Source: an uncultured Methanosarcinales archaeon (GTDB taxonomy: Archaea; Nanobdellota; Nanobdellia; Woesearchaeales; DATDXC01). From it: a stretch of DNA of 64,000 bases. Below the pieces are notes generated by a model that worked only from the letters and a program-made list of their open reading frames with translations, was not told the DNA's origin and ran no database searches. Position numbers and translations under genes: made by a program. Location: contig CAZDZV010000006.1 in the NCBI GenBank assembly GCA_964510025.1, positions 11,143 to 75,142 on the forward strand. Reading direction: 5' to 3'. Of this stretch, positions 38,171-47,540 are shown piece by piece; position 1 is the stretch's first letter; each line of letters begins with the position of its first letter.

Positions 38171-38935
38171 ATGTTAATCAACATGCTAAAAAAGAGTGAA
38201 TATGTGCGAAAAAAATACCATGGCATAAAAGATTTTTTTTATGGCCTTAAATACTTTTCAGGAACTAAAAAAGGTCTAAAATACTTTATAGTTGTATGTC
38301 AAGCAAGGACAGGCAGTACATTATTGATGGACTTATTAGGTTCACACCCGAATATTAAAGTAGACCATCACAGCTTTTTTAAGATAGATAATTTGAAGCA
38401 TAAAATAACCCAGCAAAAAGCAAATACGCGTAAATTCTGCAGGGGATTCAAGTTTAGGTTGTACGATGATGGAAAGGAATATGATTTTAGCAAAATGTAT
38501 CAATTCTTTTGCTCTCTGGATAATGCAGATATTAAGATGATCCACCTAATCAGAAAAAACCAGCTAAGACAGTCCCTTTCCGCAGAAGTGGTAGACTATT
38601 ACAAGAAAATTGGATTGACAAGGCTTCATTCAAAAGATAAGAATCCTGAGATACCGAAAATAAAGGTAGATATCCAAAAGACGCTAAATCGGATTAATTA
38701 TTCAAGAAAGTTGCTAAAGGCAGAGAATGATCTGCTCAAGCATTTCCGCCATCATACAGTTAATTATGAAAAAGATCTTTTGCATTCAACCGACCATCAA
38801 AAAACATCAGACAAGATATTTGCATTTTTGGGCCTCCCCTCTGCTAAGGTCAGTTCAGATTATCGAAAGACAAGTATTGACAACCCATCAGAATATATTG
38901 ATAATTTTAATCAATTGAGGTTGCACTACGAATGA
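38171..38935 (+). CDS. Sulfotransferase 3 (Stf0-like)
   Basis: 5'-PSB VVCQARTGSTLL; 3'-PB-like LIRKNQLRQSLS. Confidence 0.6.
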   Translation: MLINMLKKSEYVRKKYHGIKDFFYGLKYFSGTKKGLKYFIVVCQARTGSTLLMDLLGSHPNIKVDHHSFFKIDNLKHKITQQKANTRKFCRGFKFRLYDDGKEYDFSKMYQFFCSLDNADIKMIHLIRKNQLRQSLSAEVVDYYKKIGLTRLHSKDKNPEIPKIKVDIQKTLNRINYSRKLLKAENDLLKHFRHHTVNYEKDLLHSTDHQKTSDKIFAFLGLPSAKVSSDYRKTSIDNPSEYIDNFNQLRLHYE

Positions 38936-40059
38936 AAGTCCTGGAAGTGATATCATCACTGAATCCTAGAACAGGCGGCACTGCTGAATCCCTAAAGCAA
39001 CTGGAAAAGATACTGTCCAGCAAGCATACTATAGAAATACTCTGTCTTGATAAACCAAAATCTCCATGGCTAAGGGATTTCAAAAGCAAGATATATGCCT
39101 TGGGTCCAGCAATCACCAGATATGCATTTTCTAAAAGGCTTCTAGGTTGGCTAAGAAAGAATGCAGTCAGCTATGATTGCATTATAGTCAATGGCATATG
39201 GCAATATGTGGGTTTTGCTGTATGGCTCATCCTAAAAAATTCCGAAACACCGTATTTTATCTATGCACATGGAATGCTGGATCCTTGGTTTAAAAAAAAC
39301 TATCTTATCAAGCATTTAAAGAAGTCAATTTATTGGCCTATCCAATACAGAATACTAAAAGACGCAGAAGCGGTTGTTTTTAACTGCAAGGAAGAAGCCC
39401 GGTTAGCCTCAAAATCATTCTGGCCAAATAGATGGAATTCAAAAATAATTAGTCATGGCATCTTTAAGCCGCCTGTCAACAAATCTCATCTTGTTGCCGG
39501 CTTTTTGGACAGATACAAAATACCTAGAAACCAGAATTTAATCCTCTTTTTGGGACGCATACACGAAAAAAAAGGCATTGATAACCTGGTGAAATCATTC
39601 GCAGAACTTAGCTCCGATTACCGCTTAATCATTGCCGGTCCTGAGTCAGCCTACGGCAATAGGATGAAAAGGCTTGCAAAAAAACTCGGTATCAGCCACA
39701 AAATTACATGGACAGGGATGCTCGAAAACGACCTAAAATGGGGTGCTTTCTATGCATCAGATGCATTTATTCTTCCTTCTCATCAAGAAAACTTTGGGAT
39801 TGCAGTAGTAGAAGCTTTGGCATGTGGATTGCCTGTCTTGATTTCAGATAAGGTGAATATATGGAAGAAGATTTATGATTTCAGTGCGGGTTTTGTTGAG
39901 AATGATAGCCTTGAAGGAACTTCAAAATTGTTGAAAAGATGGCATCTAGCTAGTGAAGAGAAAAAGAAAAAGATGGCTAAGTCAGCGAAAATTTGTTTTG
40001 AGTCTAACTTTGATATAAACAAGAATATCAGCCAGTTGATTAGGCTTGTCAGTAAATGA
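38932..40059 (+). CDS. Glycosyltransferase family 4
   Basis: ENFGIAVVEALACGLPVLISD. Confidence 0.75.
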   Translation: MKVLEVISSLNPRTGGTAESLKQLEKILSSKHTIEILCLDKPKSPWLRDFKSKIYALGPAITRYAFSKRLLGWLRKNAVSYDCIIVNGIWQYVGFAVWLILKNSETPYFIYAHGMLDPWFKKNYLIKHLKKSIYWPIQYRILKDAEAVVFNCKEEARLASKSFWPNRWNSKIISHGIFKPPVNKSHLVAGFLDRYKIPRNQNLILFLGRIHEKKGIDNLVKSFAELSSDYRLIIAGPESAYGNRMKRLAKKLGISHKITWTGMLENDLKWGAFYASDAFILPSHQENFGIAVVEALACGLPVLISDKVNIWKKIYDFSAGFVENDSLEGTSKLLKRWHLASEEKKKKMAKSAKICFESNFDINKNISQLIRLVSK

Positions 40060-41021
40060 ATGTGAAAAAAGACATCTCAATAGTCATCCCGACATATAAC
40101 GGCTCAAGGTACCTGCCCGAAGTGTTAAACGCTTTGAGGAATCAGGAAGGCCTAAAGGAGATATCCTGGGAGGTTATTGTCGTAGATAATAACAGCACAG
40201 ACACTACGCCGAAGATCGTCGAAGAATTTCAGAAAAAATGGGATATGGACAATAAATTAAGGTATCTTGTTGAAAAAAGACAAGGCGCAGCGTATGCGAG
40301 GGAAACTGGTGTAAGAAATGCAAAAAGCAAGATTATTGGGTTTCTTGATGATGATAATATTCCTGAGAAGAACTGGATCCTGGAAGCTTATAGATTTGGG
40401 TCTGAACATCATGAAGCAGGAGCATGGGGGAGTAGGATCAAAGCAAGATATGAAAAAATGCCGCCTGAAAATTTCGATAGCATAAAGATGTATTTTGCGA
40501 TTATGGAAAAAGGGGAAAATGCTTATTGTTCTGAAGCTAAAAAATTTGTCTTGCCCCCTAGTGCTGGTCTTGTGGTAAGAAAAGATATATGGCCCGCATC
40601 ACCTTTATTGCTAACTGGAAGAACAAAGGAAACATGGCTAGCTGGTGAAGATATAGAGCTATTAGTTAGAATACAGAATAAAGGCTATGGAATATGGTAC
40701 AATCCAAGGATGGAAATTACACATATAATACCTGCTGCAAGGCTTGAGCCAGAATATGCCATTAACTTGATGAAAGGGATTGGATTATGCAAATACATAA
40801 CCAGGATGTTGAGACAATATGTATTGGCTAGACCTGTGGCCATAGTGGGATATTGTATTTCAGATTTTTTAAAGATGATGAAATTTATGCTCAGGTTCCG
40901 AGCCAAAATAATAAAAGATGCTCTGCTGAAGGCTGAATTTTTTTTATATCTGTACAGTTTTTATAGCCCTTTTTATTTTTTATTTAGATACCCAAAAAAG
41001 TTTTTTCTGATAGGAAAATGA
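40056..41021 (+). CDS. Glycosyltransferase family 2
   Basis: ISIVIPTYNGSRYL...WEVIVVDNNSTDTT, DDD. Confidence 0.8.
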   Translation: MNVKKDISIVIPTYNGSRYLPEVLNALRNQEGLKEISWEVIVVDNNSTDTTPKIVEEFQKKWDMDNKLRYLVEKRQGAAYARETGVRNAKSKIIGFLDDDNIPEKNWILEAYRFGSEHHEAGAWGSRIKARYEKMPPENFDSIKMYFAIMEKGENAYCSEAKKFVLPPSAGLVVRKDIWPASPLLLTGRTKETWLAGEDIELLVRIQNKGYGIWYNPRMEITHIIPAARLEPEYAINLMKGIGLCKYITRMLRQYVLARPVAIVGYCISDFLKMMKFMLRFRAKIIKDALLKAEFFLYLYSFYSPFYFLFRYPKKFFLIGK

Positions 41022-41833
41022 CAAAAATTAAAGATGCTGTTGATAAAGCATATATCATTTGTCATAGCTCATCCACTGAAGAATTATCCAAGAGTTTAAC
41101 AAAGAACAATTTAGATGTAGAAGAATTAAGACAAAAACCTAAAAAAAGTTGGAATAAATATTCAAACATATACAAATGCTTGCTTAATCACGAAAGGGCA
41201 TGGAAAAAAGCACTGAACAATGAATTTACATTGATAGTTGAAGAGGATTTTGTACCTGTTAGTAATTTTGGAGACTTTTCTTTACCATTTGATCCAAAAA
41301 AGGATTTTGGAATCTGCTGGATTTATTACTGCGGACCAAGGATTTATAGTGCTTCAGACACAGGCTATATAGAAGGTGGTGCAACTTCCCTAGTTGCATA
41401 TATAATAAACAAAAAAAGCGCAGCGCTTCTAATCGAATTTGCCAAAAAAATGAAAAAAACTATGAAGGGAAAGTATTATCCATTTGATTCAGATATAGAC
41501 GGTTATTTTATAAAGAAAGGATTGAAAAACTATATCGCTTTCAGAAACTATGGCGAGCATGGCGGGCTTCCGAATCCTGAACACAGGCAGAATAAAACAG
41601 GAAACCAAGGTATACACAGGGCTGATGTGTTGGCCGGAAAACTTGATTTTATGCCCCTTTATTCCAAGCACAATATCATTATATATATCGTTGTAAGGAT
41701 AAAGGCAAGAATCAAGGGACTAGTACGTTTATTCAGCGGAAGATATTTAAGGCCAAAGATCTTCTGCTCATCAAGCTTTCCGTTGAGGCTTTTGAAGTGT
41801 GCGATTAAAAGGCATTTGACATGGAACCTATGA
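41018..41833 (+). CDS. Hypothetical protein, possibly GT25-like
   Basis: KAYIICHSSSTEELSKSLTK N-terminus loosely GT25-like; low certainty. Confidence 0.3.
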   Translation: MTKIKDAVDKAYIICHSSSTEELSKSLTKNNLDVEELRQKPKKSWNKYSNIYKCLLNHERAWKKALNNEFTLIVEEDFVPVSNFGDFSLPFDPKKDFGICWIYYCGPRIYSASDTGYIEGGATSLVAYIINKKSAALLIEFAKKMKKTMKGKYYPFDSDIDGYFIKKGLKNYIAFRNYGEHGGLPNPEHRQNKTGNQGIHRADVLAGKLDFMPLYSKHNIIIYIVVRIKARIKGLVRLFSGRYLRPKIFCSSSFPLRLLKCAIKRHLTWNL

Positions 41834-42384
41834 AAGACTTGCTTAAAGGGACAGTTGCATCTGCCGGCCCAAGTTTTAGCTTGAGCAACAGGTTTAGAAG
41901 AGCTGTCTGGAATCTGGTATATCATGTTATGTTCAGGTTATCTCCGGTGTTTTTTCATGAGTGGCGCTCTATCCTGCTAAGGCTGTTCGGGGCAGAAATC
42001 GGCAAAGGCTGCCACATATACCCAAGAGCAGCAATATGGGCCCCGTGGAACCTTAAAACAGGTGATTTTGTAGGCATAGCCGATGATGTGAAGCTTTATA
42101 ACCAGGCAGAGATAGTCATAGGTGACCTCACAGTAATCTCACAAGGGTCCCATATATGTACCGGCACACATGATTATCAGAAAAAGGCGTTTCCGGTCAT
42201 CATCAAGCCAGTTACCATAGGAAAAAGGGCCTGGATATGCGCTGATGCATTCATACATCCGGGAGTCAGCATCGGCGAAGGGGCAGTTGTCGGAGCTAGA
42301 TCTGTTGTGACTAGAGATATTAAGAAATGGACAGTCTGCGCTGGAAATCCGTGCACTGAGATTAGGAAAAGAAATGTTATATAA
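41821..42384 (+). CDS. Hexapeptide-repeat (LbH) acetyltransferase, WcaF/WbbJ-like
   Basis: Repeated [LIV]G..xx[LIV] hexapeptides; IGKRAWICADAFIHPGVSIGEGAVVGARSVV. Confidence 0.75.
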   Translation: MEPMKDLLKGTVASAGPSFSLSNRFRRAVWNLVYHVMFRLSPVFFHEWRSILLRLFGAEIGKGCHIYPRAAIWAPWNLKTGDFVGIADDVKLYNQAEIVIGDLTVISQGSHICTGTHDYQKKAFPVIIKPVTIGKRAWICADAFIHPGVSIGEGAVVGARSVVTRDIKKWTVCAGNPCTEIRKRNVI

Positions 42385-43222
42385 TCTTACTATAGTCATT
42401 CTCACATTCAATTCAGCAAGAACAATCAACGAAGTTGTTTCTTCATGCAGGCATTTGTCTGAAAAAATACTGGTTGTGGACTCATACAGCAAGGATGACA
42501 CTGTTAAGATTGCAAGGTCTCTCGGATGCAAAGTCCTGCAGCATACGTTCAAGGATTACTCGACGCAAAGGAACTGGGCGCAGCAGAAAGTAAGAACTCA
42601 ATGGGTTCTGCATCTCGATAGTGATGAGATAATCTCCAAGAAACTGGCTGACAGCATCCAGGCAGCTTTCTCAAAAAAATCAGATAATGACGGCTATCTT
42701 ATGAAAAGGCTTACTTATTTTATGGGCAAGCCAATCAGATTTGGCCACATGAACCCAAACTGGCACCTGAGGCTTTTTAAGGTCAAGACCGGATATTGTG
42801 AGGACAGGTTGTATGACCAGCATTTTATCGCAAAAGGCAATCTCGCAAGATTGGACGGCTACATATTGGATGTTCCCAAAAAATCTGTAGAAGAATGGAT
42901 AGATAATCATAATCGATGGTCGACAGCAGAAGCAGAGGAGCTCTTGTCTGGAAATTCTTTATGCAAGAGCCTGCCTGGGAAACTTAACAAGGATCCCAGA
43001 ATAAGGAAAAGGCTGATAAAGAATAATGTGTATTACAGGCTACCGCCGCTTGTCAGGCCTTTTATCTTCTTTGGTTACAGCTACATCGTGCGGCTGGGCT
43101 TTTTAGATGGACGGGCGGGATTTATATACAGCATACTCCAGTCTTTCTGGTTCCGGTTCCTGGTGGATGTGAAAATTCTAGAAAGGAAAATCTTTATAAA
43201 ATACGCTAGATTCAGGAGATAA
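42374..43222 (+). CDS. Glycosyltransferase family 2
   Basis: LTIVILTFNSARTI...KILVVDSYSKDDT, DSDE. Confidence 0.75.
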   Translation: MLYNLTIVILTFNSARTINEVVSSCRHLSEKILVVDSYSKDDTVKIARSLGCKVLQHTFKDYSTQRNWAQQKVRTQWVLHLDSDEIISKKLADSIQAAFSKKSDNDGYLMKRLTYFMGKPIRFGHMNPNWHLRLFKVKTGYCEDRLYDQHFIAKGNLARLDGYILDVPKKSVEEWIDNHNRWSTAEAEELLSGNSLCKSLPGKLNKDPRIRKRLIKNNVYYRLPPLVRPFIFFGYSYIVRLGFLDGRAGFIYSILQSFWFRFLVDVKILERKIFIKYARFRR

Positions 43223-43223
43223 G

Positions 43224-44444
43224 ATGAAGTTAGTGGATGATAAAGGGAAAGTCTTGGGAAGGATAAACATATTTGATCTGATGATAGTCATACTGGTTTT
43301 TTTGCTTCTGTTGCAGGGGACTATCCATATAGCTAGGAACTGGACACTTTCCGAGCCTGAACAGGTTCTTGTTAAGATAAAAGGTGAGCTCTGCAATGTT
43401 GATTCCAGCCTGAAAACAAGAGATTGTGGCTCTTCATTGCCAGAATATTTTTACGACAATATCTACATCGGACAGGCTATGAGAAGCAAGGGCGAAATTA
43501 TAGCCAAGGTTGATAAGATAGAAGCCATAGGTGAAACAGAAGCCAAAAAGATTGTTCTCACGCTTGAGGTCAGGGCACAGCTTCAGGACAATGAGCTTAC
43601 CTTTCTGGGCCAAGAGCTGAAGATCAACAGAAGATTTGTATTCGCTACGCCGACGATTAATTTTGGGGTGAATGTCATATATCTTGACAGCAATATCATT
43701 GAGCAGGCAGCCGAGACCATAACCGATGCAACTGCAAACCGGCAAACCAGGATATATGATGGCTGGGATTCTGTCATAGGGGAGTTGTGCACTTTGGATG
43801 AGGCAGATCACGCAAAAGAATGTGGAATAGATATTCCGGACTGGTTTGTCAATCGTATCGAAAATCTGGGGACTATTGAAGATAAGAATGCGATTATCAA
43901 GGTTCAGGAGATAAGGCAGATGATGGTAGACCAGATGACAACTGTCATCATCCTTAACTTAACCACCTATGACAATGAAGCCAAAGAAAAGATGTTTCAG
44001 GGGGTACCTTTGAAGATAAACAATAGGCTGGTTGTAAAAAGTCCCCAAATTAATTTTGGGGTAAAGATATTGAATATCGGGACTGGGCTTCCTGAAGAAT
44101 CCAGGCTTCACGAAAAAACAATAATACTGAAAATAGAAAATCTGGAGCCGGAAATATTCAACAGTATACAGGAAGGCATGACAGAGAAAAACAACAACAA
44201 TGAAGTTATAGCTGAGATAGTTGGCAAGACAGTCCAGCCCCACATTTTGCTGTTGACTACAGAAGATGGCCAGCTGCTGACAGAAGAGCATCCGATAAAC
44301 AAGGATATCACCCTGGAGACCCTTATAAAAGCATCGAAATCCAGGGATTACTATTATAACGGGCAGCTCGTTAAGATCGGAAATCCCCTCACAGTAAAGA
44401 CCGATATTATGGATTTAAATGGAGAGATAATAGCGATATCTTGA
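43224..44444 (+). CDS. N-terminally membrane-anchored protein with internal duplication (NRRFVFATPTINFGVNVIYLD / NNRLVVKSPQINFGVKILNIG)
   Basis: TM IFDLMIVILVFLLLLQG; two related ~20-aa segments about 130 aa apart. Confidence 0.5.
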   Translation: MKLVDDKGKVLGRINIFDLMIVILVFLLLLQGTIHIARNWTLSEPEQVLVKIKGELCNVDSSLKTRDCGSSLPEYFYDNIYIGQAMRSKGEIIAKVDKIEAIGETEAKKIVLTLEVRAQLQDNELTFLGQELKINRRFVFATPTINFGVNVIYLDSNIIEQAAETITDATANRQTRIYDGWDSVIGELCTLDEADHAKECGIDIPDWFVNRIENLGTIEDKNAIIKVQEIRQMMVDQMTTVIILNLTTYDNEAKEKMFQGVPLKINNRLVVKSPQINFGVKILNIGTGLPEESRLHEKTIILKIENLEPEIFNSIQEGMTEKNNNNEVIAEIVGKTVQPHILLLTTEDGQLLTEEHPINKDITLETLIKASKSRDYYYNGQLVKIGNPLTVKTDIMDLNGEIIAIS

Positions 44445-45595
44445 TTGAAGTGAATATTCTTACAAGGGATTTCTTCCCAGACTACAGTGCGGTGGCTAAA
44501 AAGATGACCGGGCTAGCAGAGGATCTTACAGCTGCCGGCATAGACGTTCAGGTATACACAGCTAATCCGCAGTATTACTGCAGAGAAAAGCCTGAAAAGC
44601 GCAGAAATATCAGAAGGGTTTTATGCACCTCGTTCGATAAGGATAATCTCTTATTGAGGGCCATTAATGAGGTTAGCTTTGGAATATCAATATTTGCTAT
44701 CTTGCTTTTTTCGAAAAAAAAGATGAATATAATCCCCTCTCTTCCATTTTCGCTTCAGCTCTCTGCTCTCCTTTTAAGGAAAATAAGAAACCAGGATTAC
44801 ATCATAATAAACTATGAGATTATGCCCGAACTTATGTGTTCCTCCGGTCTAATGTCATATGATGGCCCCTTCTTCCGGATGCTCAACAAGATAGCCAAGA
44901 AAGTGCTTGATAACGCCAGGTGCATTATTACTTTAACTGCATCTATGAGCAAAAAGCTGGAAAGCAAGGTCAGAAAAAAGATAGTGACTATCCCGAATTG
45001 GACTGACACAGATGTCTATTACCCCATCAAAAGAAAAGAAAACGAATTCTTGAGAAGAAACAAGCTTTCAGATAGCTTCGTTGTATCATACTCAGGTAAT
45101 TTCGGCAGGTACATGGATTTTGATACTGTACTTAAGGCTGCGGAGCTTTTGCCCCAGATAAGATTTCTTTTTATAGGTAATGGGGCGCAAAAGGGCAGAA
45201 TAACCAAGGCAGACAATATTTTTTATCATGATTATCTGCCAAACTCAAGGATCAATGAATCTCTGAATTCCGGAAATATAGCATTGGTGCTTACAAACCA
45301 GAAAGATGACGATTATGTTATGCCGAGCAAGATCCTTGACCTGATGGCTGCTGGAAGGCCAATAGTTGCTGTATCAAGAAATTCGGAGATTAAAAAGATA
45401 ATTGCCAGGTCAAGGAACGGGTTTGTTGTAAATCCTGGAGAACCAGATAGCCTAAAAAGAGCTATTCTGGCCCTGAAGAACGACAAAAAATTGCAGAAAG
45501 AAATGGGCAAAAACTCAAGGGATTATGCTGCTAGACATTTTTCCAGAAAGAAGATTACCGGGCAGTATGTTGAACTGCTGAAGAAAAATTTATAA
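44441..45595 (+). CDS. Glycosyltransferase family 4 (WbuB-like)
   Basis: GT-B C-terminal domain, ...LMAAGRPIVAV... Confidence 0.65.
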   Translation: MIEVNILTRDFFPDYSAVAKKMTGLAEDLTAAGIDVQVYTANPQYYCREKPEKRRNIRRVLCTSFDKDNLLLRAINEVSFGISIFAILLFSKKKMNIIPSLPFSLQLSALLLRKIRNQDYIIINYEIMPELMCSSGLMSYDGPFFRMLNKIAKKVLDNARCIITLTASMSKKLESKVRKKIVTIPNWTDTDVYYPIKRKENEFLRRNKLSDSFVVSYSGNFGRYMDFDTVLKAAELLPQIRFLFIGNGAQKGRITKADNIFYHDYLPNSRINESLNSGNIALVLTNQKDDDYVMPSKILDLMAAGRPIVAVSRNSEIKKIIARSRNGFVVNPGEPDSLKRAILALKNDKKLQKEMGKNSRDYAARHFSRKKITGQYVELLKKNL

Positions 45596-45617
45596 ACTAC
45601 CTGCCTAGGCGAAGATT

Positions 45618-46229
45618 ATGGGCATTCTGAAAAGGGTTTTGGATTTTGGGATAGCTGCCATAGCTTTAGCTGTTTCTCTGCCGGTCTTCATCACAATTTC
45701 GGCCCTTATAGTGGCAGATTCAGGCTTCCCTGTTTTTTTTAGTCAGCGGAGGGTAGGCCATAGGCAGAAAAAATTTACCCTGTATAAATTTCGCACAATG
45801 GTTAAAGATGCCGAAAAGATCAAGCACAGGTACAAGAAGCTTGATTATACTGACGGGCCTGTTTTTAAGATTAGAAAAGATCCAAGATACACAAAAATAG
45901 GGCTTTTCCTTGCAAAGACGAGCTTGGATGAGCTACCTCAGCTTTTCAACGTCCTGAAAGGTGACATGTTCATTGTTGGGTTTAGGCCGCCTACACCTGA
46001 AGAGGTAAAAGAGTATAAAGAATGGCAGCTTGAGCGTTTTAAGGGCTATCCTGGGATTACATCTCTTTGGGCCATATCGGGGATGCACAATATAAGGTTT
46101 GATGACTGGATAAAGATGGATATAAAATACAGCAAAAAAGCCAATTTTTTTCTGGATATGAAAATAGTTGCAAAAACAGTCACAAAAATCATAGAAAACA
46201 TATATGCTTCACTTAAACACGGTCTGTAG
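45618..46229 (+). CDS. Bacterial-type polyprenyl-phosphate sugar phosphotransferase (PglC/WbaP C-terminal-domain family)
   Basis: Single N-terminal hydrophobic helix; KFRTM, DELPQLFNVLKGDMFIVGFRPP, GYPGITSLWAISG. Confidence 0.8.
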   Translation: MGILKRVLDFGIAAIALAVSLPVFITISALIVADSGFPVFFSQRRVGHRQKKFTLYKFRTMVKDAEKIKHRYKKLDYTDGPVFKIRKDPRYTKIGLFLAKTSLDELPQLFNVLKGDMFIVGFRPPTPEEVKEYKEWQLERFKGYPGITSLWAISGMHNIRFDDWIKMDIKYSKKANFFLDMKIVAKTVTKIIENIYASLKHGL

Positions 46230-46571
46230 TTTTCTCGTATATTTTATCGGATCCTTTTCCTTTAGGGTTTTTATTAGCTTGAAATAAGGGATAACCTCTG
46301 ATTCTATTTTTCTGAACAATCTCTCCCCCTTTGCAGTCAGCTTCAGCTCTTTGTTCTCATAGCTGACCAGTTTTTTTTTCTGCAGTATCTCTAGATTCTT
46401 ATATAATGCCCTCTCCTGTTTCTTCGCAATTTTAGCTTTCTTGACAATCTCAATAAAGCTGACCTTGTTAATCGAGACAACAAGGGGCCTGTCCTTTATC
46501 CTTTTATTGGCTTCCTGGAACCATTTGCCCAGTGCGTAAAGGATGTACTTTTGTACCTTGGTCATCTTCAT
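46209..46571 (-). CDS. Winged-helix DNA-binding protein (putative regulator); contains a T9 tract
   Basis: 120 aa, basic, KVQKYILYALGKW... HTH-like; convergent overlap with the sugar transferase. Confidence 0.45.
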   Translation of the reverse strand: MKMTKVQKYILYALGKWFQEANKRIKDRPLVVSINKVSFIEIVKKAKIAKKQERALYKNLEILQKKKLVSYENKELKLTAKGERLFRKIESEVIPYFKLIKTLKEKDPIKYTRKLQTVFK

Positions 46572-46608
46572 ATTTCTTCAATATTGAAACCAAGATATAA
46601 AAATATTG

Positions 46609-47019
46609 CTATTTTAGCCTTCTTATCATCTTAAGCGCAGATTCAACGCTTCTTTTTGCATAGCTTTCTATTCTCTTTATGCCGTCTGCCCGGGTCATCT
46701 TGGGTCCTGAAATTCCCAAAGACACCGGTTTGCCTGACTGTACGCTTATGTCTGCGATCTTTCTTGCTGCGTTATTGGCCACGATCTGATCATGGTCTGT
46801 ATCTCCCTCTACAACCGCGCCTAAGCAGACTACCCCGTCAATTTCTTTCCTCTTGACAAGCTTGCTTACCGCGAGGGGTATATCAAAAGCTCCTGGCACC
46901 CTTATTGTCTTGGCTGCCGTTGCTCCCAAAAATCCCGCATGCTCTTGTGCAATCTTGCTCATAAGATGGGTTATATCTGCGTTGTAGTCTGAGACCACAA
47001 ATCCTAGCTTTTCGTTCAT
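46609..47019 (-). CDS. ribH: 6,7-dimethyl-8-ribityllumazine synthase
   Basis: ...IRVPGAFDIPLA...GAVVEGDTDHD... typical RibH; 136 aa. Confidence 0.85.
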   Translation of the reverse strand: MNEKLGFVVSDYNADITHLMSKIAQEHAGFLGATAAKTIRVPGAFDIPLAVSKLVKRKEIDGVVCLGAVVEGDTDHDQIVANNAARKIADISVQSGKPVSLGISGPKMTRADGIKRIESYAKRSVESALKMIRRLK

Positions 47020-47540
47020 TTTTTTGCCTCCACCTGATCTCTGAATTTGATCAGGTACTTATCATAATCATAAACCCTTGCACCCCTGACCCCGAAGATA
47101 TATGCTAAATTCACTTTCAAGAAATCAGTGACGTCGAATCCATTTCCGTCCCATCGGGTGAAGTATCTTCCGTCACGATAATAGAAAGACGCATAGCCGG
47201 CTTGGGCCAGAGCAGCCAGATTGCCGGGTGTCAGGTCGGTATTTGGCTGGGAATATGCCCTTACTAGAGCCGTTAGCTCCGTTTGATACACTCCAATATC
47301 GGCCTTAGGTAGCATTTCTGAAATTGCCTTTCTTAAAGCTTTGCGCTTTCTTGTTCTAACCAAGTTAGTTGCCATTGTTCTTCTTTGTAAAAAGTCTGAA
47401 TCTCTAGGTACCGGCTGTCTTCCTGTTCTGTAGGCTCTTTCTTCCGAATATAGACTGTCTATGTCATATCTCGCTATCTCCCTTTCTGCTAAGAAATTCC
47501 TGTTTCGGATTCTTCCTGTCAGCAGCTGCATCCTGGTCAT
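47016..47540 (-). CDS. Hypothetical soluble protein inside the riboflavin operon; visibly more GC-rich than its neighbours
   Basis: ATGA-type overlaps with ribH and ribC. No recognisable motif (not RibB: no DExxxExEGD). Confidence 0.5.
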   Translation of the reverse strand: MTRMQLLTGRIRNRNFLAEREIARYDIDSLYSEERAYRTGRQPVPRDSDFLQRRTMATNLVRTRKRKALRKAISEMLPKADIGVYQTELTALVRAYSQPNTDLTPGNLAALAQAGYASFYYRDGRYFTRWDGNGFDVTDFLKVNLAYIFGVRGARVYDYDKYLIKFRDQVEAKK

